Part shown: piece by piece, positions 1-13,300 of the stretch
Numbering within the stretch: the first letter of the stretch is position 1
How the letters are laid out: every line of letters begins with the position of its first letter
From: Lenisia limosa
Taxonomy: Eukaryota; Protista; Breviatea
Direction: 5' to 3'
Length of the DNA stretch: 49,742 nucleotides
Assembly: GCA_001655205.1 (NCBI GenBank)
Contig: LPNZ01002753.1
Location: forward strand, 1 to 49,742
Notes under the pieces: generated by a model
What the model saw: the letters and a program-made list of their open reading frames with translations, nothing else
What the model was told of the DNA's origin: nothing
Database searches by the model: none
Position numbers and translations under genes: made by a program

Positions 1-3000
1 TAAAAGTAGCCCAAATCAACTCTACTGGCTGACAACACTAGGGTTAATAACAACAAAACAAACAAAGCCCAGGTCAATCGCCCCTTCCACAGCTCAACCA
101 CCATACTTGCAGATATAGTATCCCTTTGGGGCTGGTCTGGCTGCTGACGGCACAACAGCCTCGAATACGCCACCCATGCCGGAAATGTAGAAGCCTTGGC
201 CGTCCTGAGGTGTCAGGAGGGTATTCATTTTGGCATTGTCTCGTTCAAAAGTTCAAACAAAAAGCCCACCTGGGTATAGCCACCACAGAGAACAACCGTG
301 TCTTCTTCCTCCTCATCGGCTGCACCGGAAAGAGCAGTTGGGAGGGCCTATGGGGGGTTAGGGTTTGGACATTTATCATATCTGTGATATAACATGCTCA
401 AGATCTTGATTGGCGTCGATAGCCATTTCAACATTGTCTCAGTCATACATGGTGTGGCACAACCGGTGTAGGCGGCTGGGGCCCTGCAGAGGGCGGGGGA
501 GGGGCGCCGGTATTGGGCCTGCCAGCCGATGTGGAGGGTCGTGTTTCGGCCTGAATTGTCAAACTTGCAATTCTCTCATCAATGTTGAAATGAGGAAAAC
601 AAGCAAATGAAATACACTCAAATGCGATTTGTCGGATTTGCAACAACACCCCACATCTTCAACAGCATCGTCGGTCTGTTGCTGTTCGCGTTCGGCAAGC
701 AAACGTAAGAACTCCTGGGTTGTTAATAAAACAAAAGCTGTTATAAACATAAGACAATGTTACTCCTATTGAACAACTTGAAATGGTCACGTATCTATTC
801 TCTTGCAACAAGCCAAAAGTCGTACCTGCGGGTCATCCACATTGTTCAGTTCATCGTCGTCACTGGCGTTCTACAGATTTAGCCAATATAACGTATTTAA
901 CTACTATGAGTTGCAGGCTCATGATGCTGATCATTCTGGAAATATAACCACCCTCACATCCGACTCATGGTCCGAATACACTGGTTCCGGGCCAAGGAAT
1001 GTATGGCTCCGGATCAGTTGGATCTCGATTTCGTATGATGTGGTGTTGGCTGCTGCTGGCGTGGTCGGCAGGATGTATTCGTGAACCTGGGGGTAAAAAG
1101 ACAGGTCTTTTTCGAACCGAAGTGAAGCCCTAGTTACAATCTATACACCCATGTTCCTCCCCTCCCCACAGTGGCGTCATCAAGGACAACAAGCAAGTTA
1201 TCGGCTGTTGGTGAGCAGGAAACTGAGAGAATCTCTGAAGACAGCACCGTGAAACCTACGAGGGGGGGGGGAGTAAAATTGGAAACAGCCCAAATCAACT
1301 CTGTTGGCTGACAGCACACAAGGGTTGAGAACAACAAAACAAACAAAGCCCAGGTCAGTCGCTTCGTGAACACACTGTTGACAAGCGATCTTATTCACTC
1401 AAACTAGTGTTGTCTCCCGCATACCAATTGGGGTGAGGTTGTTGTCTCTCGCTGAAAGGAAGAATATTTCCGAGCCTGACGTAGTCACCACCTACGAAAT
1501 AAGAAAGGGCAGATGGAAAGCAAAAGGGAGTAATATGAGACTATTTCAAGTCTAGTAACAAAAGAAGCGATGGGAAATAGAAGACAACATGTGCGGTTGT
1601 GTAAGTAGCACCACCCACAATTCCGCCTTCCCTTGACACCACCAAGTTTTTGATAGGCCCTGCGTGGGGCTTGGTTACTGCCTACAACGCGTTAAGCATT
1701 CTTCACACCTAATACACAAATACGGAAATGCAATACGGAATACTCAACAAAAGTCCAAACCAATACCACCCCCTCCCTACATTGACTTTCCAGCTGTTCC
1801 TGAACCTTGACATCATGCGCACGGAGCCGTCCTCGAATCCAACCAGGCAGGTACGACCTTCAGGATCCTTGGTCTGGGGGAGGGGGGAGAGTAAAATACT
1901 GTTTTTGAATCAATAGACAAAAGAGAACAAAACACTGAGAAAACACAAAGTATCAAACAGTTACGAACCAGCGAGAGGGAAGGGTGTGACGAACCATAGC
2001 AAAAACATCATCTCAATACAAGCACACTAACATCCCAACAACTCCTAATGCTATCATGACCCTGCCGAATAGCCACATACCACCGGTAAGAAGAGAGCCG
2101 TGGTGACAGGCGACGCGAACTTGAGAGAGTAGGCCTCTTTTGCAGCCAAATAGTCGATGAGCTTGACCACACCGTCAGCTCCAGCCGAGAGCAGAAGATG
2201 GCTGGGGGGGGGGGNNNNNNNNNNNNNNNNNNNNNNNNNNNNNNNNNNNNNNNNNNNNNNNNNNNNNNNNNNNNNNNNNNNNNNNNNNNNNNNNNNNNNN
2301 NNNNNAAAAAGAGGGGAAACTGTGTAGGCAAAACTCTGATCAAAATTTGGGGAAATGACAAGAAACCTGCCACAATAAAACATGAAACCCGGGCCAACCT
2401 TGTGGGACAAGTGTCAATGGCACTGATCTTGCCAGCATGTGAGGTTGCGAGAATCTTGACCTCTTTTTTCTGAAGGATATTAGAGCATTATTTTCAGGAG
2501 AGCATCTCTCTTATATACTGAGAGAGTTCTAGGTATTACTAAAAATTCAAAAGTACTCAACACTCACCATTACATCCAAATGACAAAGTGCGCCAGAAGC
2601 CGTAATGATTAAGTATCTACAATAATTATGTCAAGGATAATAAAACAACGGAGGAAAGATGAAAGCTCTTCACAAGAAAGTTCTTCCACACCTTGCATCT
2701 AGGACTTCACTTCGGTTCGAAAAATAACAGTCAAATATCGATAGGTTTCGAGGATTTATCGAGAAATTCAGTTTTTTTTCGAAACGAAGTGACCCTACTT
2801 GCATCCCGTAACCAACTCGCTGGGTTTGACTAGAGTCATTGACGTGACTGCAAGACGGTCCTTAGTGACGGGTATCTCAGTGAGCGGTAGCGCCTCGTGA
2901 TAGAGCTGGTCGTCGTCAGCTTCCAACTGGTCCAGAGCAGATCGGTCCCAGATGCAGACCAATCTACCTGGTTAGGAAAAGTCCAAGAAATCTGTAAGTT

Positions 3001-4942
3001 TTCACGAGAGGCAATCCGTCGCACCCATCCTCGCCAGCTGAGATGATGTTGCCCTCATGGTCCTGGTACACTGCAAAGATGCCACCGTCATGACACGTCA
3101 CTCCGTCAGGTCGCGAGAGAACGGCGTGCACGAGGGCGCTGTCCCACAGAATCAGATTGCCTGGTGGTCAGAAGGTGTACACCAAAAAATACAATGGTGC
3201 CCCCCAAAAACGACAACACCGGCAAGACCTACCAGACTCAGTTCCCGAAAGGACCTTGCCGTCGGCTAGCTCCAAGTAGGCCGATACGTCGCTGAGCGCA
3301 ATCTGGCCGAATTTTGCAATTTCACCTAGAGGGGTAAACTACGCTGTATTCCTTCAATACTATCGGGGAGGGCTGGGTTACAATGTATTGATTATTTCCC
3401 CCCTCAGAATACGGCACTCACCTTGTAACTTCAAGCCGGTAAACGTTTTCGCCATCTTCCAGAATCGAATGTGACCAGTACCCCTATAATGTAAAAAAAA
3501 ACACTCACAACAAAGCCAAAAATACTACGTTCAAAAATATATTAAGTGATAATTGATACGATATAACACAAAAACCAGCTCAACCACCCCCCCTACGAGC
3601 TAGTAAGTTGCCCGTTAAACCATGGTGAAAAGGTGACTTTGTGGATATCCTGGGCGAAAGCCTTCGAACGCAAGACAATCTGAAGAAAGGAAATGAAATC
3701 GGATAAACTAGAGAGAGAGCAAATTTTTTTCCCTTATCTCTCGTTTTCAGCTTGTTTAAGAAAAGTCCCTCCACCCTACGCTTTCATTCTGCCAATTCCA
3801 AACAGTCAGCATGAAATCGGGTGCAGAACCTAAGGGGTAAAGTGTTGTTCTAGGAGTGATTCAAAAGAGGCACATTGCCAAATACACCACCCATGGAGTA
3901 ATAAAATTAATTTCTTTACTGTCGAGTATTTCTTGTTTATCTTGTTCCTTCACGCATCCTTCGCATTATTCCCGGGCGTCATACCTACAGACGCCAGCTG
4001 ATCGCCGGATTTGTTGAACGTTAAGTCACTGTACGCGTTTTCAGTACCCTATAGTGGTAAATACAACTTAAATTAAGCCGGAGACTCCACATTGCAATAA
4101 AAGGACAGTAGCTAACTCGTAAAAATAAGCGGCTTTGTTCAATTTAGTTAAAAAAACGAGTTCCAAGCAGGGCTTACATTTTCGAGTGTGTACTTGAGCT
4201 CCAACGACGGGAGTTCATAGATGTAGATCGCGGGCTGGGTTGCGACCTCTCCAACTGCAATGAGCTTCTTTGAGGGGTGGAGCTAAAGGATCAGCATATG
4301 TAGCAAAAATGAGGTGAAGGGTGTATCGTCAGCATAAAGATTAATAGAAGGAAACAGCGAATAGACCTTTCTCTGCACAACGATTTTTTTATCCCCTTTA
4401 TTTAACAATAAGAGAATCCTCAAATTGATTAATGTCTAACCATAACCGAAACTTTCATAACCAGCCTAAAAAAAAAAAGCTGTTTTTTGATACAAAGAAG
4501 ACCCCCCCCCCTNNNNNNNNNNNNNNNNNNNNNNNNNNNNNNNNNNNNNNNNNNNNNNNNNNNNNNNNNNNNNNNNNNNNNNNNNNNNNNNNNNNNNNNN
4601 NNNNNNNNNNNNNNAAAGTACAGTACAACCACCATAATAAACCTCAGAACTTATGGAGCATCATCCATCCAATGCGATCCAACAAACCGTGAAAGCGCCA
4701 ATACCGTTTCCAGTACGGGCAGGGATTATACGCTGCTCTGACCTAAATTTATAAGATGTAAAGACGTATAAAGGTGTAATAAAAAGTAAGAAGGCTGCTA
4801 CCAACGTTTCCAGGTCGAAGATCACCACAAAGGCCCCTGAAATGTATACTGCGGTCTTTTCATCAATGACTTCGATGTTATTCAACTTAAAACAGTCAAA
4901 TCCAAATGTGTAGCGGGGCACAATGCCCTGAGACTCGTCCAT
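1..4942 (-). CDS. CFAP44: Cilia- and flagella-associated protein 44 (WDR52), multi-exon, 3' part outside the window
   Basis: Spliced exons read MDESQGIVPRYTFGFDCFKLNNIEVIDEKT, GNGIGAFTV, HPSKKLIAVGEV..PAIYIYELPSL, GTGHIRFWKMAKTFTGLKLQG, KFGQIALSDVSAYLELADGKVLSGTESG, GADGVVKLIDY and LVGFEDGSVR. These match CFAP44 N-terminal WD40 motifs as I recall them. Confidence 0.9.
8..81 (-). repeat. Intronic repeat family A, copy 1
   Basis: agcccaaatcaactctactggctgacaacactagggttaataacaacaaaacaaacaaagcccaggtcaatcgc is near-identical to 1287-1369 and lies in a CFAP44 intron. Confidence 0.85.
1108..1132. mobile_element. Solo terminal inverted repeat of the hAT-like MITE family
   Basis: tttttcgaaccgaagtgaagcccta is the reverse complement of the MITE left end at 2700 (one mismatch). 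It sits inside a CFAP44 intron with no partner end visible. Confidence 0.65.
1287..1369 (-). repeat. Intronic repeat family A, copy 2
   Basis: Matches 8-81 and 8974-9032. It lies in a CFAP44 intron just upstream of the poly-C acceptor near 1258. Confidence 0.85.
2700..2797. mobile_element. 98-bp non-autonomous hAT-like MITE in a CFAP44 intron
   Basis: Imperfect TIRs taggacttcacttcggttcgaaaaa / tttttcgaaacgaagtgacccta with a perfect 8-bp direct repeat CTTGCATC at 2692-2699 and 2798-2805. TAGG termini plus an 8-bp TSD are typical of hAT elements. Confidence 0.85.
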
Positions 4943-5389
4943 TATGAAACAACTCCTTGTTACATCATTTTAGGAAACCTCAGTACACTTTCTTTTTTCT
5001 TCTGTTTGACTAGTTTACTAGGTTTTGAGGTTTTGAGTTTCATTTTGCGGTTTGATAATTTTCTTTATATACTACAAAATCCTGGTCCAAAATAATCTAC
5101 AAGTTTTCACCAAAAAATTCACAAAATTATAAGGTCTCTTCTAAGCATTACTATCCTGCTTTCTATGACAGAGATTCTATGTGAAAACAAATCTGAAAAG
5201 TTAGAAAAGTATTAAGTATTCACTTTTATTCTTCTTTCGTTCAGCCCAAGTTAGAAAGTCATTTGCAAGTACCTACCAATGATTGTTCATCAAAATAATG
5301 ATAATTGACGAGTAAGCTTAATTTGGAATCTGTGTTTCGGTGTTTGCCCTCTTTTATTACTGTGGTGCCGCCCCTTGACCCATTTCCAG

Positions 5390-7042
5390 GCCAACTATAT
5401 TTAAACGAAGCATTCCGATTGGAACAAGAACGATTCCACACCTAAAGCGCCCTCCCGAGGATGATATCTCAAACTGTCCTTCGTCATCCTTTGCAAGACT
5501 GAGGATCCATTCACCCAACCACCTAAGCAAAGACAACAATGAGCATGAGGATGAAAACCCTTCTGCCATGGACGAGGAAGACTATCACGTCGGCCCCACA
5601 TCAACAGTCTTTCCCTTTTTGTCAGCTAGTGAGGACTCGTACCAGACCCCCAGCTCCTGTCTCTCGCGAGCGTCGACATTCAGTTCCTGCCCACCCACGC
5701 CGCCTGGTCTCCCGGCCGACCTTCCTGTCCCCTCCACGCACCTGTCTTCCAACATGCCGTCTCGGCCGCCAAATCCCTCAGCATCACCGGTGGAATCGGT
5801 GGGCTATTTGGTGGATGGATGAGCCCTCTGTTAAATTTTGTTCTTCCTCTTTTTTTTGTGATAATTGACTTTCCTAAATAGTTTTTCTTCAAGAAATCAG
5901 TGTCATTAATTTACAATTACTCAACTGGATTCACAGCCAAAAGCCTATCATATGTATATGTCAATATCATCATTTGTAACAATAGCTTGATACAAATATT
6001 CTTTATTCACCTTTCATACAACAGCATATAGTCTGATATATCAGTTACCATAGGATATGGAATGTCTATCATATGATTTGTTGCAATATTTGATGTGGAA
6101 AACATGTAGCGGGGGTTCACACTCCAGCACGCAACACCAGATGCAGTTGGCTCGCAGTGGCTCGATGGAGCCGTCTATCAGGCTCAGAGCTTACATCACT
6201 TGCATTACTTGCAGCGACAGCATAATGTGTGATGGGTTACATGATTGAAAATAGGCTGACCTTTGGCTTTTATTTTGTTTTACCAAAACCTCTCTTTTGC
6301 TTCACCAAGGGAGTGATAGTGCGATTCCCTCACCCCACGCAGGCCATCCACCAACCCGTACCACTTTCATGCCCCATTCCCCTTCGGTCGTCCGTTTCGC
6401 CTGTCTTGTCAGCGCCCGCCGCCGCCAACCTCATCCACTCCCACCACATTCCGCCGCACCTTAGAGTCAACACCTCCAATCTTGAAGTGGGTCTCTTTTG
6501 GCTGCTATGCTTCTACTCTATTTTAAAAAAAGAGTTTTTACAAGAGATACATGTTGAGAGGGCTTGATGCTGTGAATACTATCAATCTGTTCTGGAAACA
6601 TTCTCAACTAATTCTGCTTGGTTACCTGTTTGTTTTTTTACCATTTAGGCTTACGATATACAGGATACCCTTTCGCGATTGTGAGTGGTTGTATCATGAG
6701 AGCAACATTTTTCATTGCAATTCATATGATATATAGTATTATAACATATACTCATACATTAGTACCATGGTTCTGACTGCATCAGAGAGGAACTTCCTGA
6801 GTCGGCAACGCCCGACCCTGACAATGCCCCATCCCATTCATATTCGGAAATAAATGAGGTGGGCATGGGGCTTCAAATTGACACAAAGCTAAGGGATAAT
6901 TGCATTATTGCATTTATGGGACGTCTTATTATTGTTTGCTTTTTCTCTGTTTGTCCTCTCGTCGTCACCCCCCCCCCCCAAGGTGCTTCGAGACGTGCAT
7001 CAAGAGAGATATTGTGCAGTTCCCGAATCCCCGTTCCCATAG
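5390..7042 (+). CDS. Hypothetical multi-exon Ser/Pro-rich protein; start not resolved
   Basis: Open exon-like segments flanked by AG/GT at about 5390-5797, 6110-6230, 6340-6487, 6765-6858 and 6983-7042 (VLRDVHQERY...stop, after a poly-C acceptor). No recognisable family. Confidence 0.4.
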
Positions 7043-7302
7043 CCCCTCATCCAAGTAGTAGTAGTTCTTTCTTTTTGTTTCTCATCATGTTTCTCTTCCC
7101 TGTATTATTTAATATTTATTCAATTTTCACAACTGATTGGTGGGGGTTGTGAAGCGGTATTCATAAGGTCAGAGAGTTAATTATTGTTTCAGAAAGAATC
7201 CTTGGAAAGTGACACCAATTCAAGAAAAATAATAAATTAAAGACAACCATGTTGTATGTTGAAACGACCTTAACTTAGTCCTAAATGGGGCCAAGCTTCT
7301 CG

Positions 7303-10300
7303 TCATCTGAAAGTGTCCAATTCGGCCATAAGTGTCAGAATTTGGGTCTTGTACGTATCTCGGAGGTCGCTAATATCTAGCGTGAGGTCCTCAATTTGAT
7401 CTTCGGCTTCGCCCTACATGGATAATAAGATGACAGCTTGTGTTGTGTTAATGCGGGGCAAAATAGTCAAGATAATCAGCTTACCAATAAAATAAGTGTG
7501 GCATCAAGCCGACGCTGAAGTTCGGACTCCCCAGCATTTAACAGCTCCATCGACAGATGATCTGTATCATAAATCAACAAGTTCCATCAAGAAGTAAATC
7601 ACATAAAAATAGCACCAAGACCCCATATCGTTCAAGCCACTTGCCCACCTCTTGCGGACTCCGAATTGATTAATTCCTTCCGAAGCTCCGTTACTTCATC
7701 TTCTAGAATGCGTAGGCGCTGAGTGCGTTAAACGGATAAAGCTGAAAGGAGAAACGTGGCATTTAAAATCAAAAGACAATATTTGTTAAAAAAAGTGTAT
7801 CTAAAGATAGTGAACCGCTACCCCTAACCTGGTTATTTGAGGCATTTATCGAAGACGGCTGAGCAGACAGTTCGGCAGCGGAAGCTGAAATGGTTCCGAA
7901 TGACTGAGATAGCGGAATGGAAGGACTTGACGCCCGGGCCTGCGCGGGTGAGTGGGGCTACACGACTGAAGGTAGTATTTATTCCTGTGGAACATGGTAT
8001 TATACTGATTTTATGAATGTGAACCCGTTGAACCAAAAGGAACAAAAGTTTACAAACAAAATACCGCTTCTTGTTCCAACCCACGATTTCCACTTCCGAC
8101 TCAAGAGACTGAATTTTTTTCTTGAGCTCCTGAATCTCAGACGCTTCGGGGGTGGCTGCCTGTTGTTGGAGTTATATTATGTGGCAAATGGTGGAATGTG
8201 CTATTGAAGATATTATAAATTATACTCCATTATTCCCCTTTATCCCTCATCGAAAGTATCATTTAAATCTCTTTCCAGGCAACAATCTTCATTGACCATG
8301 GTCACATACCATTTGCTGGAGTGCATTGAGACGCCCCAGTAGCTCCTTCTTCTCTTGTTGCAGGGATCTAATCTGACAGTGTCATTGAAATACAGTTTCG
8401 ATGAAGGTGGACAGGTTATTTTGACAGCAGCCAACCATCACGCTCCTCTACAAGCGAGATTTCCCCATCTTACCACCATCTGTTGCTGACACCATCCCCC
8501 CCACGGTGGTCTTAGCGGCCTCGAGTCCCATAAACGCCTGGTTTCGGCTGGCTTCAACCGTGGCCGTCTCAGCGGTGGTGCGTGTCAATTCTCCCTCCTG
8601 GAGAGGAGTCATATCGAGTATGAGAAATGACATGAGCACTATCGATTTGAATGATGTTGCATCTGTATGAAGAACCCCCGCCAAAATGTGCGATAAATCC
8701 TCGGCTTCACTTCAGTCCCCACAAAAACACAAAAGCCCACATAAAAACACTAATTTGCGGTGGTTTAAATCTTCTGGTGCGAACATTGTATCACTCTACC
8801 CCCATCCACCAAGCNNNNNNNNNNNNNNNNNNNNNNNNNNNNNNNNNNNNNNNNNNNNNNNNNNNNNNNNNNNNNNNNNNNNNNNNNNNNNNNNNNNNNN
8901 NNNNNNNNNNNNNNNNNNNNNNNNNNNNNNNNNNNNNNNNNNNNNNNNNNNNNNNNNNNNNNNNNNNNNNNNNCCGACAACACACGAGGGTTGATAACAA
9001 AACAAACAAAGTCCAGGCCAGTCGCTTCGTAAAGTGAAAAGAAGTCAGGTGTAACGACAAAGCCATGCCGCATTCATAATCCAGACCAAGCACACACCTG
9101 GCGAGAGTGGAGTTCCAGGTCACGACCTTGACATCGGCAGCCTCAGTCAAACTCTCAATCTGGGCCATGAGGGGAGCTGCCGCTTGTTCGGCTGCTGACG
9201 ACAGTTCCGTTATACGCAGCTCAGCAGACTGATACGTGAAATCGTGGAGTAATAAGTTAATAATGGGCAGAAGCCATCCACACAATCAAAAATATTCATT
9301 GAAAACACAGAAAAGGGATCTTAAAGTACTGGTAAAAAAATTGTCCTCTCAGCTGACCTCACATCGCTTCTGCCAATCCAGGATCTCCTTCCGTGCCGAC
9401 TCCTCCCTCCAAATCGCTCGCTCCTCTGTTGAGGCTGCCTCTGCCTGCAGCTCTGCAATCTGGGGGGGGGGGGTAAGGAAGAACAAACAGTGATCTCCAA
9501 ATATCTAAACTCTGCCCGGCAGCCAAAATAATGCTCCCAAACCTGCTGAGCTAGATGGCTTTCACGTTCGGCTGTTGCCCTTGCTGCAGACTGGAGAATG
9601 AGGGGTGTATGCAAATACAAAATGAAACAAAACATGACTTAAACTAATTTTCATAGACTGTGACCCCACCACCCACCTGCAACTGTGTGAGGTATTCTGT
9701 TCTGGCTTGGTCTACCAAGAACTTGCTGCTTTCGCCGAGGCGAGAGGCCTCACCGTCTGCGCGTTGACTTGCTTCAATAAGCTTGGATGGTTACAAACAA
9801 AATGGCCAATTCAATAAGCTTGGATGGTTACAAACAAAATGGCCATTTCTAAGTTGTGCTTTGTTGGCTTGAAAAATTATTTATGTTGTTTTTACACCAT
9901 CTCTATCACCTTTTCTTTGGACTCCTTCAGCTGAACTTGGGTGTCAACCAAAATCTGATTTGTTGTCTGGAAACGTTAAAAATATGGACAGATATATTTC
10001 GAGGCTGATCACAGACACCACTACTCACCATTACAGGTCACCCTACTCACCATTACAGGTCACCCTACTCACCATTACAGGTCACCCTACTCACCATTAT
10101 TTCCCCATCCCTCAGGGTGAGCTTCGATTCGGCATCATCTGCTCTACGAGTTGTTTTCTTGAGGTCAGCTGGGGGAGGGGGGGTAAGCGCGTCCAATTAA
10201 AACAACTCTGCTCTATTAAAAAACAACCATTTGACTAAAAATACTGACCTTTCACTTTCGTCAAAGTCGCCTCGCTATCTTGTAACTTTTTTTGCTTATC

Positions 10301-13300
10301 GGCAAGCATTGATTCCGTTCCATCCAATTTCTTCTCCAAAGCACTAATCTGAAACGTAAAAACATCTATTCTTCGAAAGGGATAAACTCATTGAAGAGTT
10401 TCCTTGATAGAATAATAATTAAAAGATTACCACTTCCACAAACCTTTTTGTCCTTTTCTTTCAGACTATCTCTGTTTTTGCGTATTGTGGCCTCCAAATT
10501 TCCCATAAGCTTCGACATTCGCTCACCTACGGAGGTAAGGAGAGTCAAAGCAAATTACGAAACAAGCTCCAAACATATTACTCTATCCCCTTAATTGTTT
10601 AGCGATAACTATCTCATGTTTTGACTAATTCCTCACCCCTCAGATCCCACCCCTCCCATGCAACCTTCAGCAAGCAGATCCCCATGCTTGGCTCTGAACT
10701 GCTCGGCCCTGCTCTCAGCGTCATTGTGTTTCAGCTCCAGCTGCTTCAGCTCCTTGTTCATCTCAGCGCGTGTTGTATCGTGAGCCTGCACTGGTTGGAT
10801 TTGCCCCAAAATAAACAGTAGGAGAGAAAACAAACGAAGAGTGCCATAAATCTTCACAAATGAAGCAGAATCACAAAAATGATCACAACCCATCCCGCCC
10901 CAACCCACGGCAACTGCCTGGCTGTATTTCGCTTCAGCGTCAGCAAGCCGGGCCGTAAACTCACTGGTCAGCGCCTCAGTCCCCGCCAAGCTACCACTTA
11001 AGTCCCCGAGACGTCTGGTTTGTGGTGACAAAGAAAAAAGTACATGATAGAATGCTGCAAGTTTGAAACAAAACAATAATATGAGAATACATACCCTTTC
11101 AGTTCGTCATTGGCGTTGTTGAGTCTTGCTGTCTCAAGAGAAAGGTGTTCAACCTGCCCTTCACGTGCATTTATCACCTCAGAATAGCGCAGGGCTTCAT
11201 CTGGTGTGTGAGCGAACAATATGCATTATATATATTTTTTTTGAAGAAACGGAAAACCACGAGTCAACAGCAACTCGACAGAATGTGAATAATTTGCGTT
11301 TTTGGATTTTATAATAATCCGTCACCATCACCTCCCCCCCCCCCCTTCCCACTGGTTTTCGCTTCAAGTTCTTGAGTCAACCTCTCTACAGCTTCTTCAA
11401 GCTGTGACAATCGTGACATTTCTGTATCCTAGTCGCATCAATACATAATTAACATGGAAACGACATTGGAGCGAAGTGATGTGGATATCACCATACAAAA
11501 ATAGTTTCGTTTTAACATCGTGCATAATAAATATCTATTAAATACCAAGCATACCTGACCCTTGGGTTCTGCAGCCCTCCCAACAAGGAGTTCTCCAGAG
11601 TGCATTGCCTGGAATATCAGTTTGCTTTTGTAAATGGTAGGAAATATTATATCATAAAGTCAGAACAAAAATCTTAGGAAAATAATGACTTTATGAAAGC
11701 AGCTTTTTGTTTGCTTGCGTATTCAGATTTGTCATGACGCTACAAACCCAAAATCTAGCATACCTCACTGCCAAACTCTTCTATCATTATTATCTCCTGT
11801 TCTTCCTCGAACTGTGGAGAACCCACTTCTTCTAGTTGGTCTTCGTCGTCGTCTTTCTGCTGTTCTTCTTCCACCTCCTCCATATCTTCAATCATTTCTT
11901 CAATCATTTCTTCTTTCTTGTCTTCAACTTCCTCCTCATTTTCAATTGGTGCTTCAGGAACTGCCTCATCTCCATGTTCAGCCTCCTTCAAATCTTCATG
12001 TTCAAAAGGTGCTTCTTTCACTGAGTCTTCTGTCTCACCTTTGCCTTCTTCTTCCGTAGCCCTTTCAGAGGTCTCTTCAAAGTGATCGCCATCAGAGGCA
12101 ACGCTGTTATCTTGTTCAACAGAGGGGTTTTTCCTTTCATTGGTCTTTTCCAGATCTTCCCTTTGCTCAATCACATCTTCTACCCACCCCTCATCCAAAT
12201 CAATCTCAATATCTTCATTTCCTTGCACAGCATCGACATCATCTTCAGGAACACTATAATCCCCAACATCTTCATCATCCTTCTCATCCGATACACATTC
12301 TTCTTCTTTCACATTGTCAACTTCTTCATCACGTGTAGACAAATACATACCTTTCGACTCCTTCTCAATTACTTCTGCTTCGCTTGTCTGATCGACATGA
12401 TGATCGTACTGAGCATCTTCATATGATTGTTCTCTGTCTTCCTCAATAGCCACTTGTTCCTCCTCGGCATCATATTCTTCTTTCTCCATCCCTTTCATTT
12501 CTTCTTCGACATCATCAACCTGTCTTCCTGAAATGTCCAATACACTCACATCTTCCCCCTCCCTTAGTACAAATGAGCTGTTCACTTCTTCTGAAAGCTC
12601 ATCAACTTGCATGGCTTGACTTGGGTCTTGACTGTCTTCTTCAACCATTTGGATATCCTGAGTTTCTGCTTCCTTTGACTTTTTCACCTCTTCTGATTCA
12701 ATTGCCGCTTTCCCAGGATCAATTGGCTCTTGAGCCTCAATTGGCTGGTCATCTGAACCGTATAAGTATATATCNNNNNNNNNNNNNNNNNNNNNNNNNN
12801 NNNNNNNNNNNNNNNNNNNNNNNNNNNNNNNNNNNNNNNNNNNNNNNNNNNNNNNNNNNNNNNNNNNNNNNNNNNATTCAATCATGACCGGGTGAACTTT
12901 TTAATAAAAACACATGTTTATTCTTTGAGGATACATGTCAAGTAAAAACATTATTGAAACAATTTCGACCATATCAGATACAGTTGTGCAGTTGCTATAC
13001 CATCACGCTAATAAGAGATATTGGATTATAATAGTATTAATGCACCAATCATTTGCCTTATAACTCTCCACACAAAGAGTTTTGGAAGACTCCCGTGAAA
13101 CGTTGTGCTTTTTAATACAACCATGCACCCCCCCCCTACCATCAGTGGTGCTGCTAGCCTGGGCGGGAGTGGATGGTGATGTTCTTGCTGCTTTCACGGG
13201 GGTCTTGAATTTGGACACGGAGAGGGAAAATTTGCTTTCTTCTTCGTTTTCAAATTGACTGAACCAGTCATCATCCCCTGCTGATCCTACTTGGTTAACA

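Noticed and set aside
1134-1373. ORF peptide LTWALFVLLFSTLVCCQPTELIWA recurring at 8791-9285, resembling a repeated protein domain
   Set aside because: It is the translation of intronic repeat A. The true CFAP44 frame splices around it (LTPIG|FTVLSSE).
2471-2480. ATATCCTTCA on the minus strand, resembling a U12 AT-AC donor
   Set aside because: It lies at the 3' end of an intron (ctaat...cttcag|KKEVK), so it is part of an ordinary acceptor.
10021-10099. Short regular repeats superficially like a CRISPR array
   Set aside because: Units are contiguous with no unique spacers, the context is eukaryotic and there are no cas genes.
11755-12885. 376-codon highly acidic ORF as a stand-alone gene
   Set aside because: It lies between TMF1 exons on the same strand, and TMF1 proteins have long low-complexity N-terminal regions. 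The apparent start is across an N gap.
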